DNA from: Orbicella franksi
Lineage: Eukaryota
Direction: 5' to 3'
Assembly: GCA_964199315.1 (NCBI GenBank)
Contig: OZ116708.1
Location: 12,090,001-12,154,000 of the forward strand
DNA length: 64,000 bases
This document shows, piece after piece, positions 12,701 to 25,491 of this stretch. Within the stretch, counting starts at the first letter, position 1. Every line of letters begins with the position of its first letter. The notes under the pieces were generated by a model, which did no database searches, was not told the origin of the DNA, and saw only the letters and a program-made list of their open reading frames with translations. The position numbers were made by a program, and so were the translations under genes.

Positions 12701-12942
12701 CACGGAGGGTGAAATAAAATACAAACAAAGCAACAATCGCTTACACGGGCGAGGCATGACAGCTGACTTAAAAGCTTAAAAGTTATTTTTGTTCGACATT
12801 TTCAAAGGAGAGGATTCGCCATCCAAGCTTAGCTATTTTTTTCAAAACAAAAAGAAAAAAAAAATACCAAGACATGCAGGCAGTCCGTCTTAACTTCAAC
12901 AGCAAAACCAGCTTCTGTGGGGACAGAGCCTCCAGCAGCCAT
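9782..12942 (-). CDS. Stand-alone ZnF-UBP (BUZ) ubiquitin-binding zinc-finger protein, HDAC6 C-terminal type, 117 aa
   Basis: Exons 12942-12868, 10875-10662, 9846-9782 (phases 0, 1; GT-AG). Protein: MAAGGSVPTEAGFAVEVKTDCLHVLALTNVASLHVDLSKPCGTCDNVGENWLCLVCSSVFCSRYVNCHMVEHNSASGHMVVLSFSDLSVWCYGCDSYIGSPLLQPILKAAELAKDSK*. All BUZ Cys/His ligand motifs are present. Confidence 0.88.
10425..10460. repeat. (GAT)n microsatellite in an intron of the ZnF-UBP gene
   Basis: GATGATGATGATGATGACAATGATGATGATGATGA seen directly. Confidence 0.8.
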
Positions 12943-13385
12943 TTTCAACCGATGTAAAAACTCTCCAACAACCTTGGAAACAAGGGTCAACAAACTGATG
13001 GCAAGAATGGCAAGAATGGCAAGGCGCCAAACGCACGGTTGGGAGACTGGGGCTAGTGGGCGTGTTGAGACCAAAAAGAAAAAGAAAAGAAAAACAGAAA
13101 AAAAAAAAAAATTGATTTCTAAACACCCAGTTAGACAAAGCGATCGCACATGCTTGGTAAAACGTACTTGCGTGATTTCAAATATGGTTTACTGGATAAG
13201 GAAAATTCTTTACCCGGAAGTACGCGGTGTAGGACAACTTCGTGCAAGTACACACCAGCGAGCTCTTGCTGTTGTTGTGTACTGCTGACAATGAGTTCGC
13301 GGGCTAATCAACATTCTTCGAGAAGCGAGCGGTGTGCTATTCCAAAGCGCGCGCGGGAGTTTCTGCCCGAAAAATTATTAAAGAA
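12943..13385. promoter_or_regulatory. Putative bidirectional promoter between the ZnF-UBP gene and APEX2
   Basis: Divergent start codons 443 bp apart; locally CpG-rich; ETS/GABP-type CCGGAAGT at 13214-13221; GCGCGCGCGGGAG at 13347-13359. Confidence 0.6.
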
Positions 13386-16300
13386 ATGAAGATTTTAACC
13401 TGGAATATAAATGGGATTCGTGCTGCTGGACGTGGTAGATCGATGAAAGATATTTTGGATTCTCTTGGAGCTGATGTTATTTGCTTGCAGGAGACGAAAG
13501 TCACTCGTGAGTAGAGGATATCCCTTCATCATATCAATTTCGGTACAGGCTTTAAGCTTGAACTTTAAACTTCATTAAAATTAAGTTTCCTGTCGTCTTG
13601 AAAGTACAGTTTAGTCATGCTATGTGCTAACATATCAAACTGAGCTTATATTTTGTGATGTGGATTGGTCAACGTTGTTAAAATATCTTCCCGCCAATAT
13701 TGGTTTTATATCCTCGTGGGTTCGGGTGAAGGGAGATAGGGGGAGGGGGGATAAACAATGCAGCATTGCACGCAATTCTATGCACAATAGCTAAATTGCA
13801 TCATCTGTGCCTCCTGAAAAATGTTGCACCATTCGTCTAATCATAGTATTTGCTCCTAATGTTGCAGAAGAAGAATATTGTTCTACAGAATCTGAAATAT
13901 TTGCATCTACATGTATTACAAATTCAATGCATTCTTCTCTTTCTTTTCATAATATTGGTGAGAGCCCACCACGTGACCTGCAAATAACTGCCTACAAATA
14001 CTGGTCTGCTCATGTGTACCATCTAAATGCGTTTTGCTTCAAATAGCATTCTGCTTGCAGTCTGTATGCGTAATTGTAACTACACTGCATGTACGCTCTC
14101 TCGTGAAAAATGGCTGATCGCTTCCCTGAGCTGTTAGAGAGTGATTTTAAAATATGAAAGCAAACTTGGTGATGGAATGATGAACTCAGTTATGGCAAAA
14201 TATGAGTCGTAATTTGTCAATTTCTCACAGACCACGATATTTTGCCCAACCTTGCCCAATAATTGTTAATTGTGTGTGTCCACCGTTGGCAACAAGTGCA
14301 TATTGTGGTATTACACAACTATCAGTCTTTTTCTGTCATTTGGTCATCAAATCTCTAACAAGACACCATGATGAACCATGTTTTTCTTTTGAACAAAATC
14401 ATTTCATCTGTTCTTTTCCAGCTCTGAATGTCTGTGAATATTTTTTTTTTTTTCATCCAATTCCAAATTGAAAAGTGTTACCGTAGATACTTGTAATAAG
14501 TACCGCACACTACAACAAAATAAAATGTTACATTGTAAAAATATTATTTGATAAATAAAAAAAAATTAATTCTTAAGAATACACCACCCTTGCTAAAGTA
14601 TCATAAGCAACCTGACTGAACAACCACATGTTCATCACCTATTTGACACCGTTTAGTTCTTAAGTCTTGCCTAGAAGCAAAGGCCTATACCCTGCTTTTG
14701 GATTAAAATGAGAGTGACATTTTATTCAAAACAGTCTATTTATGAGGTTTTTTTTTATTTAGCAATCGCTCAAATCCGACTGTGATGCTTTTGCCACTCC
14801 TATAAAATGTTACACTAATCAGACAGTTACATACTACACGTATACAATTTGCAACTGGAAAGTGTATATATGTTATAGGTTTTATCTTACTCATAATAAC
14901 TTGTATTGCAGACAATCTGAGGCGAGATCTTGAACGTTTTCTGTGGTTCAAAAGTGTACTTACTAGACCCTGTGTTCTGATTTCAGGTGATATGTTAGAT
15001 GAAGTAACAGCTATTGTAGATGGGTACAATGCATACTTTAGTTTCTCAAAAGTGAAAACAGGGTATTCTGGTAAGAGAACATTTTTTACTTTTTAGACTA
15101 GTCTGTTAGATGCTGCTTGTTGTTCATTGTGTAAATGGCAATTACACCAGATTCCAACCTTGTACCCAGAGTCTTCATTCCCCTTGACCAGCAGTCAGGA
15201 AACAAGCAGCCCTTGAAAGATCTGATTTGAAGTTTGAAAATATCAGACTTCTGTTGGAATTGCACGTGTTTAGCTGACAAACACGTGGCTTAATTGAGGT
15301 GCTGGTGTTTCATTTCCGTCAATTTCCATTGTTTTCAGAACCAATCAAAATCTAGCCTGTAACCAAACGCTCATGAGTGTTCCTTTCATTAAGCTTGCAC
15401 AGTAAGAAACTAAGACTCAAGGGACAAGATTGGACCAGGGTCCTATCACAGGCATAGCCACATTTTCACAAGGAAGTGACACTAACACAATTTACCTGTA
15501 ATGGCAATGGGCCATCATGACATTTTCACTGTTATTTTAAGGTTTCAAAATGTAGGAAACCAGAAAATTATAGTGCTGAGAGGTTGACAAATACAAATTA
15601 AAGAAGCAATTCAATTGGCCAAAACAAAATGAGGATGGTTTAGGATGGAGAAAATTACAACATATAATACAAGTAATGCTCTTGAAGAATTGAGTCTATA
15701 TCTTTCAAGCTGCACAAATCAGTTATACATGTAGAATCTTGGTGAGCCACTTTTCTTTATAAGCAGTCAGTATGTGTTGTGCCAAAAGGTATGTCTTTGT
15801 TGACATTTTGTCTGAAGTAAGTTATAGATTTATAATCAATTTGTGGACTGAAATAGGGTATGGTTTGTTTTATCTATGTTATTTTCATCAATTAATGAGA
15901 GATAAATTTCATTGTTGCTGACAGGGGTAGCTACATTCTGCCGCAATGAAGTGACACCCATTGCTGCAGAAGAAGGTCTCTCTGCTGTGCTCACCCCGCA
16001 GCCCTCTATTGAATGTTATGGGAATAACACAGACTTCACTCTTGAAGACTTGGAAGCTTTAGATGCAGAGGGTCGTGCCATGCTAACAGAACACAGACTC
16101 GATGATGGCAAGTCAGTTGTTATTGTTAATGTCTACTGCCCAAGAGCTGACAAAGAGAATAACGAAAGAGTAGATTTCAAAATGAATTTTTATAAACTAC
16201 TACAGGAGAGAGCCGAGACCCTTGTCAAGGCAGGAAGGTATGTTTGTTATGGCTTAAATTTGTCCTTGATTTACAAAGTTATATACCAGTGTTTGATTTT

Positions 16301-19300
16301 AATTGTCCTTTGTTTCAGGCTACATGTATTTAGTGTACTTGCAACAAAGCAAAATTTAGTTAAAGATGATTTCCAGTCCATACTGCACACTCTTGAGAGT
16401 TTGTTTGCATTTTTTTGTTTTGTTTCATGCAAGACATCACAAAATGTAAACATTTTGCAACTACTTACATGAATTAAACTCAAAGGTTCTAAACAACCGC
16501 CATTATGAATGGGAAGCAGTCAAAGCTTTATGCTTCATTATGTCTCTTATCACTTGATGAAACAACTTCCTCGCTGTTAAATCAATGAAGCTGATGGAAA
16601 AAGAATTTGAAAGGTCTCAAAGATAAGGTATGTTGTTCGTAAGGAATAACATCTATTCACATTCCATCAAGTGAGATTTATAATGTTTATCAATAAAAAC
16701 ATTAGGGTGCTGAAATTATGTAGTGTCGACTGGAAATCATCTTTAAACAAGTAAACAGGGTTGAAAAAAATTGCTAACCCAAAACTAAACACCATGTTGC
16801 TCTTTCTTAATTACTACATATCGCTATGCACAACCTACAATGTATAGGTGAGTGTATAGCGAGTCATCTGAGACATGCAATAACATGAGCCACAAGATTC
16901 AGATAAATTTCCCTGTTCTTTTGGCTCTTCATAGGAGTGCTTGCAGAGCTTCAGTCACAAGGAATGTTTGTGTTCAGTTCCAGAAAATATCCATACTCCC
17001 CCCACAAAAGGGATTGGAATTTCCTGGGGGGAGGTGCATTCTCTAAGACCAAAACATTTAAAGACTGAAATGTATCAGGGAAAGGGGGTTTCTTGGATAA
17101 AATCCCTTCCGTGGGGGAGGGATGGATATTTTCAGGAACTCAGTGTTTTATTTAGTCTAATGAACTTTAAAATTAAATTAAAAACAACGAAATTGAACAT
17201 TTCGGCCATTTTGACCGTGACAATTTGGTCTATTTACAATATTACACTTCACTGTACAGCTGTATTGATTTCAGTTCATATACAAGGCTTTAGAGTCCCT
17301 TTTCTCCACAGGGGCTGGTTTAACAGTCTTTGTATTGAAATGCACTTTCCAAATAAATTTTGAGTAATGTGAAGGAGACAGGTCCCAAATTGTGACAAAT
17401 GAATGAAGTAGCTCATTTTTGTTATTTATTAGTATCTGTGTTGACCAAGTGTCTGACGGTGTACATGTATGTTTGGCTGAGTACAGCTCAAGTTTTGTTT
17501 TGATTTTTTGTTTGTTTGTTTGTTTCTTGCTCATCCTGTAGACATGTCATAGTTCTTGGTGACATCAACACATCACATAAAATGATCGACCATTGTGAAC
17601 CTGACAAAGAGGTAAGTATATTTGTAACCGAAATGTATCTACATGTATAGCCATAACCAGTCCTTAAAAGTCTGCTTGTACCAAGTGGTCCATACCGTGA
17701 GAGCTTATCCTGGTTTCCATAACATAATAAGCATCTAGGAGTATCTGGTAGTAAATCGTTAATTGCTGGAGCTTTCACACAAATACTCATTTATTATATC
17801 ACTTTGGGAGAAAATTACTAACGCGCGCGCGCTAATTTGCACTGCAGTGCAAAGTGAAAATTAACCGTAAATTGGCCTGCTCTTAGCCAATCACGATGAA
17901 GTAATTTTCCCAGTCATATAATAAAAGCAATAATAATATGATATAGAATAATATATAGAGAAGAAAGTTCTCTGTTGAAGCCGCTGTGTTAAAGACTCTC
18001 TGTTGAACAGCATGCATTGCGAGCGTTTGTTTTTGTTTTGATTCTGTCACTGAAGAAAGCGACAGAAAAAGCGGAAGGATTTGGGGCATTTGGCGGCCTC
18101 AAATTTTTGAGATTTTGAACGTGTAACTGAGACCCGAAAGCGGGATTATTGCTAGCTACTTGCGCAGACGCTCTTTGGGCTCGTCACGCAATCTTCCTCT
18201 CCGGGAGGAAGATTGCGTGACAAACGCGTAGAGAGGGTCCGTAGGAGGTTGGATGATTGTACGTTACTTTATTGTTGACCAAGCTTGTTTTGGTCAAGAT
18301 GGCTGGGTATTGGCTCTTTCTTGATTTGTACGATTTATGGACCGAGACGGAGTCGAGGTCCATAATCCAGCCAGCTTGTCCTCACGCTTAATCAATAACC
18401 TATATTACTGAAAAAAAAAACCCCAAAAAAAAACAATCAGACGACTCACACGCAAGAATTCAGTTAAAGTTATGGTTTCTCCTTCACTGTAGGAGTTGTT
18501 CAATGCTAATCCTGGGCGACAGTGGTTAGATCAGTTTTTAGTGCCTGGTGAGATGTCTTCTACAAAACCAGCCGAAGAAACGAGTGAATCTGTTGACGGG
18601 CACGGAGGGATGTTTATAGATACCTTCCGTTATTTTCACCCCTCCGAGCGAGGTGCGTACACCAACTGGTGCACAGTAACCAGCGCGCGTCAAACAAACT
18701 ACGGCACACGAATCGATTACATATTTGCTGACGTGGAGCTCGTTCGAAAAGAGTTCGTCGATTGCGAGATAAGAGCTGATATCGACGGCTCCGATCACTG
18801 TCCAGTTGTGGCAACTTTGAAGACATGTTTCCAAGCTGCGCCTAAAGCACCGGCACTTTGTACCAAGTATATGCCTGAGTTTGCGGGAAGACAGCAAAAA
18901 CTGAAGTCATACTTTGCAAAGCACGTGCACCGACCTTCGCAAAGTCAACCCGAGGCCACTCGTAAATCACAAGAAGTAAAATCACCTTTAAAACGTAGTG
19001 CTTCTCTTGATGGCGATAAAACTAAAGCCATAAAACGCCAGAAATCTGCTGGAGCGAAAGGCAAAGCCGACAGCCAACCAAAGACGGATTTGTTTAGCTT
19101 CTTTTCAAGATCTTCAAGCTCTGTTGCGTCAGATAAGAACGTCGCAGCTGAGGTCAGTGAAACCAATAAACCAGACAATGGCGTTTCTGACATAGCATTG
19201 GCTCCTCAGGCAAATAGTGTTTCTTTGGGTGTAAATTCTGACGATTTCGTGTCTAAAAACACTACAAACCTTTCTCACAATAAAACTGTCACTGGTAGCA

Positions 19301-19527
19301 GCAAAGACTGCCCTGAAAAACGCAAAGGTGAGGTTGCTCTGTGGAAGAACATTCTCACCGGGCCCCGCCCACCCCCTCTCTGCAGTGGCCACAAGGAACC
19401 TTGCGTCTTAAGAACAGTTAAGATCAAAGGCCCCAATCAAGGCAGACAGTTTCATTGTTGTGCTCGACCGCAGGGACACAGTTCAAACCCACAGGCTCGT
19501 TGCAATTTTTTCAAGTGGGTAAAATAG
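13386..19527 (+). CDS. APEX2: DNA-(apurinic/apyrimidinic site) endonuclease 2, 540 aa
   Basis: Exons 13386-13506, 14987-15070, 15925-16237, 17542-17611, 18493-19527. ExoIII motifs WNINGIR, QETK, NVYCP, GDINTSH, RIDYI and GSDHCPV; PIP box QQKLKSYF; C-terminal zf-GRF (CSGHKEPC...GRQFHCCARP...RCNFFKW). Confidence 0.95.
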
Positions 19528-20425
19528 ACTTCTGCAGGTGCATTGTCGCATTCTTGTCTGTCACTTGTCAGTGCAAGAGGTGTGGGACGATCGATATCTG
19601 GCGAAGGAGCGTAGAGGGATATTTGAATATGGCCCCTTTTTATGTGGGGTCAGCTGAAGAGAACTGCACATGGTAGAGCGAGCGGATGAAGGGAGATGCT
19701 TTGGCAGTGATACAACACGAATGACATACTCATAGCCGTAACTGTTGCTATTTAATACAGTATATTGTGAATTTATACGCTAGTTTAGTAGAGGACCAAG
19801 CAACAAACCAAGTCATAGACTACGTGCTAGTTGCCTTTACATAGGACAATACCATTCACATGAAAGTGAGCTGTACACATTGAAGCCTAGTTTTGAATCA
19901 GGCGAAAGACATCTCGGTAATTGCAAGGTGGGATGTTGCGTGTATTCGTTTGTGCAGATAAAACAATTCGACGAAAACTTTTATACCGTAATTCCCAGAT
20001 TTTGGATCCTCAGGTAGTTGAAAGGCTAACTAATAAACATTTTTGCATAATAAAAGTAATAATTGATAAGTGGTCATAAATAAATTAGTTATCATGATAC
20101 TTCTTGGTTTTAAACGTACGATATTCGCGCCGGTTTTGTGTATAGACATTGTTTCAGGGTCCGATGATCTTACCTTGTGAAGCAGCTTGCCCGAACGACT
20201 ACTCAGACAATGAAATATCAGCCGTTCAAGTTAGAATGGTGTGCCTCGAAAAAATCAACACGAGCCGCCTTAAGGACATTCGTTCTCAAAATGTTCAGAT
20301 CTTTTTGAACTTCTGCTGAGGTTAGGTAATAGTCAACTCTGTCAGAAGCGCAAAGATAATGGGTTTTCACTGCTGTTTCCCTTAGGTAAGGCGTATTGAA
20401 GGCCTTGCTGTTTCGTCTGGCATGT

Positions 20426-20759
20426 AGAGAGCTTAAGCAAACCATGAAGACAACGGCAACGAGAAGTTGAACAATGGCTGTGCACGTGCGTCATAAATCT
20501 TTGTACATTTCTTTGGCGTTCTTTGCACAGCAACAACGGGAAAGTTCTGTGTATTTTGGAGAACGCGAACGACGACGGTTAATTTTTCGTATTTTCATTG
20601 GAAATTGAACGCTGGCGTTACATATTTAGCTTGAGCAAGTTCTGAGACCAATAGCCGCACTGAACAGATCTAGACAATTATTGCGAAATTCGAAAATATA
20701 AAATATAAATTCATCTTTTACTAGACGTTGTCCTCGGTCGTCATTTTTTAAGCTCTCTA
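20426..20759. mobile_element. MITE with (A)GRGAGCTTAAG...CTTAAGCTCYCT termini; copies at 22406-22770 (inverted) and ~51924-52295
   Basis: Three copies in the window share the internal sequence GAACGCTGGCGTTACATATTTAGCTTGAGCAAGTTCTGAGAC (more diverged in the inverted copy) and the TIRs. Confidence 0.8.
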
Positions 20760-20911
20760 GTTTTAAAGAAAACGACGGAACGACAGACTTTATAGTAGCA
20801 TTTTAATTGTCAAGCTGCCATTTCTTTTAAGTCGTCGGTTACAATTATTTTTACTTCATTGATAAACTGTAAAAGCGCTAATTTCTCGCGACCAAATCTG
20901 ACTTTCTGCGG

Positions 20912-22104
20912 CTATGATATGTATGAACTATGATCAGCCAAATTCTTGCAGACAATGGCGTTAGTCTTATTACAGGTGTGGTCATTCCAGTAGCCATTGA
21001 CCGGGAGCTCAGCTGTGTTGTCAATATACATCTCTCCGCATGGTTCGTGCTCAAATCCATTGGGTTCACCCGGACTCCAATAGGTGAAGAATGGATGTGA
21101 GTTGTCAATCCAGGTCCAGTCGTCGGCCTCGGTATTGAAGCCCAGCCCAATCCAAACATGTTTCACTGATGGAGCTTCCTGTCTAACAAGTTGCATGACG
21201 AACTCGTTTTCCCCGATGTTGTTAATCTTCACTAGGTTCCCGCCCTGGGAAAGGCAGTACTCTTGAGCCGCGGACCAGGAGGCAGTGAATTCCTTCACCA
21301 GATAACAGTAGTCTTCAAACTGGAACCAGCTACTAGGACAGGGATCTGGAAACGAGTTGAAATGTTTGTCAGTGGGTAAAATAACATTCTGCGCTTGCTT
21401 TTCCGCTGTCCGCGCGAGGTCTGGTGAAGTCACCGCTTTTAATAGACTCCAGACTCCTCCGAGCCGAGAATCCTTAGGAACGAGGCTGATCCTGCGGAAA
21501 TGGTCATTTCCAAGTTACCTTGTGCCTCTTTTTCAAAACGAGTCCTCGTGCAAACTTTTCATTGAACATGAGTTTGATTTGCATGAAAATGAACCTGTAA
21601 GGCGGAACACATTTTCATGTGAATGGTTTCGCACTAAGACTCGTTTTGACACAGAGACAAGCCAACTCGTTGCTCCGCCAAGTCGCTAATCACCGATTGC
21701 ATTGCAAACTTACGCGATTTGAAGAGGGTAATACTGCATTGATTGCGACTACATTCGATAATTTACAGTGGTTTCAACTTCTTGCGTAGAATTTTGTAAA
21801 CTTTCAATTCGGGGTCAACGAAAGTTGTCCTCTTTTTCTGAAAATTCCGGAAAATGATGCTCTCTTCTCCACTGCAAAAGTTCAGAAATTCAAATGGGAA
21901 TTTTTGGTCGAGTGGAAAACGCCTTTAGCGATTCTCTTAACTTGATCATTGTTTTTAAAATTCCTGGGCACTAATAAAATCATCAAGAACGAGTCCATAC
22001 AAACAGATCTGGGAATCATTCAAAGACGTTACTTGAATACCTGATGTGCACTCCGTGATACTTAGAGCCAAAAGACATAGTGAGAGAACTGCAAGAGTCT
22101 TCAT
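20912..22104 (-). CDS. Secreted C-type lectin (EPN/WND, mannose-type), intact paralog of the 2420-3746 gene
   Basis: Exon 22104-22041 (signal peptide MKTLAVLSLCLLALSITECTS) joins in phase 1 to exon 21345-20912 (DPCPSSWFQFEDYCY...WIGL...GEPNG...CGEMY...WNDHTC...CK). Its acceptor context (AAACATTTC..CTCGTTTCYAG) is shared with the other lectin. Confidence 0.88.
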
Positions 22105-23523
22105 TTTGGTTTTGGTCTGACTGTCTGCTACGCTGTGAAAATAAGCGAGAACAAATAGCTTATGTTAGAACAAAAGATTAGCAAGGTAACCTCTTGGTTA
22201 GAACTAATCGACGAGAAACCAACATATTGGTGTATTTACAAAAACGTTAAAAAAAAAAAAAAAAATTTTTAGAAGCCAGATCCTAACTACAAATGCCTCA
22301 GAGGTTAACGGCCAAACATTCTTAATTGTTTCTTCAGAGAAATTAATGTTTTGTTGAAATGTTGTCATTTTTGGGTAATTAGGTCATACTGCTTTGAAAG
22401 TTATCGGGAGCTTAAGTAACGACGATGGTGACGCCGAGGATGACGCCCAGTCAAAAATAAATTTACATTTTATCAGTGAAATTCGCAATTTTCTAGAACT
22501 ATTCAGTACGCCAATGGCTCTACAAACGTGCTCAGGCTAAATATGCAATGGCAGCGTTCAATTCCAAATGGAAATACGAAACAGTCGCTGTCGTTCGCTT
22601 TTCTCTGGCTACGCAGAACTTGGTCATTTCACGTTGCTGTTTTGCAGAGGTCGGCAAAGAAATGCACAAAGATTAATAACGCACGTACACAGCTGTTGTT
22701 CTGACCATTAAACCTTTTGTTTGGTGACGTTCTCGTTGCCTTCGTCGTCGTGGTTTGCTTAAGCTCCCTAATATTGTAATTCTACAACGTCGCCATTAAA
22801 TGTTTCCTTCACTCACCTGCTTGTTCTGCGCTTTCGAAGAAATTATGACCAAGGCTTATTGAATCAAAGTGTTTTAAAGCTAACTAATACAATCGTGCCG
22901 CGCAACGATTGGTTACCTTTGGGTGAATGAGTTTCTAGTCGATAATTGCACTTTGCTAAAAGGTACAGCTAATAAACAAAGCGAGAAGCGGTTTCCCAGG
23001 TAGCCGCGTGGTTTATAAGTATTGCAGAAAAGATTTTATCTTATTTCTGTTTTAAATCTGTGAAAAATACTTGCTCTATTAGTAGTGTTGCGCTTGTTAG
23101 AACAAACGCTATAACATTAAAAAAAAAAAAAAAATCCTACGATGTCATGTTTCCTCACATTTAGTTTAACAAATGAGTAACAAAATATCAGTCAATGATA
23201 TCATAAAACTTTAATTACACATGATCAGATAAGCATGAGGCATAATGGTTCTAACATGGCCGCTTCGTGCGTAAGGGTTATACTGCAAGACTTTGGCGGC
23301 CTTGCTCAGGTCTGCGCGTAGAGCTTCGTTTTAACAACTAATGTTATGTCATTGAAAAGACTCGTGCGATGCCAATGTGATTGGTCACATTTAGGTCAAT
23401 AACTTGCAACTGAAAACATCAAACGACGTTACCACTGATAGCATTGTATCTCTCTAATTAGGCAGGACTAATGGTTTCCCGGATGGTCGTGAATATCACA
23501 GTAGTGTTGTTTACATGTATTAA

Positions 23524-24060
23524 GGTCACCGTATACCGTGTCTCACGTCCAAGCGATGTAGCGCGTCCGGTTTAAACTGTAGATACCTAAACCCCTAAAC
23601 GTAAACGTCCATGTTAAATTAAAGCTTATAGAGCTGGCTATCAATTCAAGCTATACAAAGAATTTGAAATAAAATGAATTGTCGAATTTTTAATCACCTT
23701 TTGAAAGCCACAAGTCGAAGCGAATTTTGTTCTTCGCTTATTTAATTTGTTCCTCAGTTTCCGGAGCCAGTGGTAAAAAAAGTTGTTTCCGATTTGCCGT
23801 GTGTAATTTCAGTCAAAAGTTACAGAACATTTTCCAAATAGGATGAAAAAATATGGAGTGACCGTAGAAAAATTGCTCTCAGAGAGAAAATTTTTGGAAC
23901 TAAAAAATTCGCAGACTCGTCTTTGTTGTTTATATATCAAACTAAAATAGCTACTGTCCAAATTTGAGGGCAAACAAACAAATTCCCTTTGACTTGTAGC
24001 TTTCAAATTAAAAGGCACCCAAAAGAGGATTCGGACCCTCACATTTAGAGGTCGTGAAAA
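23524..24060. mobile_element. Diverged one-ended copy of the Kolobok-like element
   Basis: Starts TTAA-GGTCACCGTATACC and is colinear with the reverse complement of ~6230-6745 (e.g. CTGTAGATACCTAAACCCCTA, AAAAGTTACAGAACATTTTC, CTGTCCAAATTT). Confidence 0.7.
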
Positions 24061-25491
24061 GTGGTCCTAAAAACGGAAAAAGAAATCCCAGTTAGAAGTT
24101 CCTAAAAATTGTTCTTTGTTCCCAAAATTTGATATCTAAATTCTTCCTTGTTGCGTGCTGTTAAATACCATTTTCTTATATTTTACATGTGACGATATTG
24201 ATATTGTCATGGTTACGGACGTGTCTAATAGGCGCGAAGTAAGTGTAAGTGTCTCACTATAAAAGTTTTCGGGAAAATTTGAACGAGGCTTTAATCTCCC
24301 CCCGACCCACCTCCCGGCCAGAAAAAAAAAGAGGACATCAAAATTTTTAAAATGAACTTTATTGCTCGGCAAAAATTTACATATTCAGGCCAGTGGCGTG
24401 TTGTTAAAATATTTCACAATCATATTTATCACAGCCTCTGTCGATTTTGCAATGGTCGAAGCAAATTATAATACATTATCTATCGGACCGTCTCCTATTT
24501 CGAAGAATGTTGCAGAAATGGTTCAATTTTAATTATTACTAATTAAATATTACAGAGCATAATTATATACATATATTTCAATCATCAATGGAAATTGATG
24601 TTACATGTAAAGCCTTTTAAATTACCCCCCCCCCCCCCCCCAACCAAGATTACTTCGCTTCAAGGGACGGGATGGGGGGAAGACTTTATGATAAACCAAT
24701 GATCAAGAGCAACTTGATCATCTTGACAAGGGATGGCAAAGGATTGAAATCTTGTTTCGTCGCCAGCCTACAATCCACGACATAAGTCCTTGGCACGCCT
24801 GGATCAGATGGCACGTAAATGCGTAAACAACATTGAATTGGGGGGAGGGGGGCGAGCTGATATATTTCCCTGACAGATACTGCAAAGGTGGGCAAGCGTG
24901 CCAAAACTTTTTTGTCTTTTGTCGGGGATTGTAGATCTTCTCTCTTGTCCTCTTTAAGAGGCGACTTTTAGAGGTTGAAGAAAGGCGCTGAAAGAAGGGA
25001 GGTGCAGCTTTATGAGGCCTTTGGGGAATTTCAGTTTAGGGTAATATCGCTGATCAGATATTTCAGCACCATGCAAACTATACCTAAACATTGTAGCTAT
25101 ATTCAGCAATTCCTGTCAGCCGATTGAATGAAGTTTCTCAAAAAAATCGACAAAACAACTTATATATCACATTCGTAGCAAAGCTCACTCAATTAAGACT
25201 ACCAAAATCCTCAAGAAGCTTATCTGGAAATTACACTTAACTGACAATCTAAACAGGTCCGAACTACGCTCGGCTATAAAGTATGGTTGAAAATGCTGAG
25301 GTATTCTCTTCTGGCTCACTGGCTTAACGCATAACTTTTTTGTTTTCGATTTCTTAAAAATTTCTTGACGCCTGCATTTCTACTGTACCGGCCCCAGTTG
25401 TTCGAAGGCTGGACAACGCTATCCAGTGGATAGGTGTTAACAAAACAAAGCACGCTTTCAATACATTCAATTGCAAACTAATTACACTGCT

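Noticed and set aside
12829-13288. Hydrophobic or Lys-rich ORFs of 80-123 aa in the promoter region
   Set aside because: They arise from a poly-A/T tract and a 9-bp repeat. Only the MAAGG... portion fits the spliced BUZ gene.
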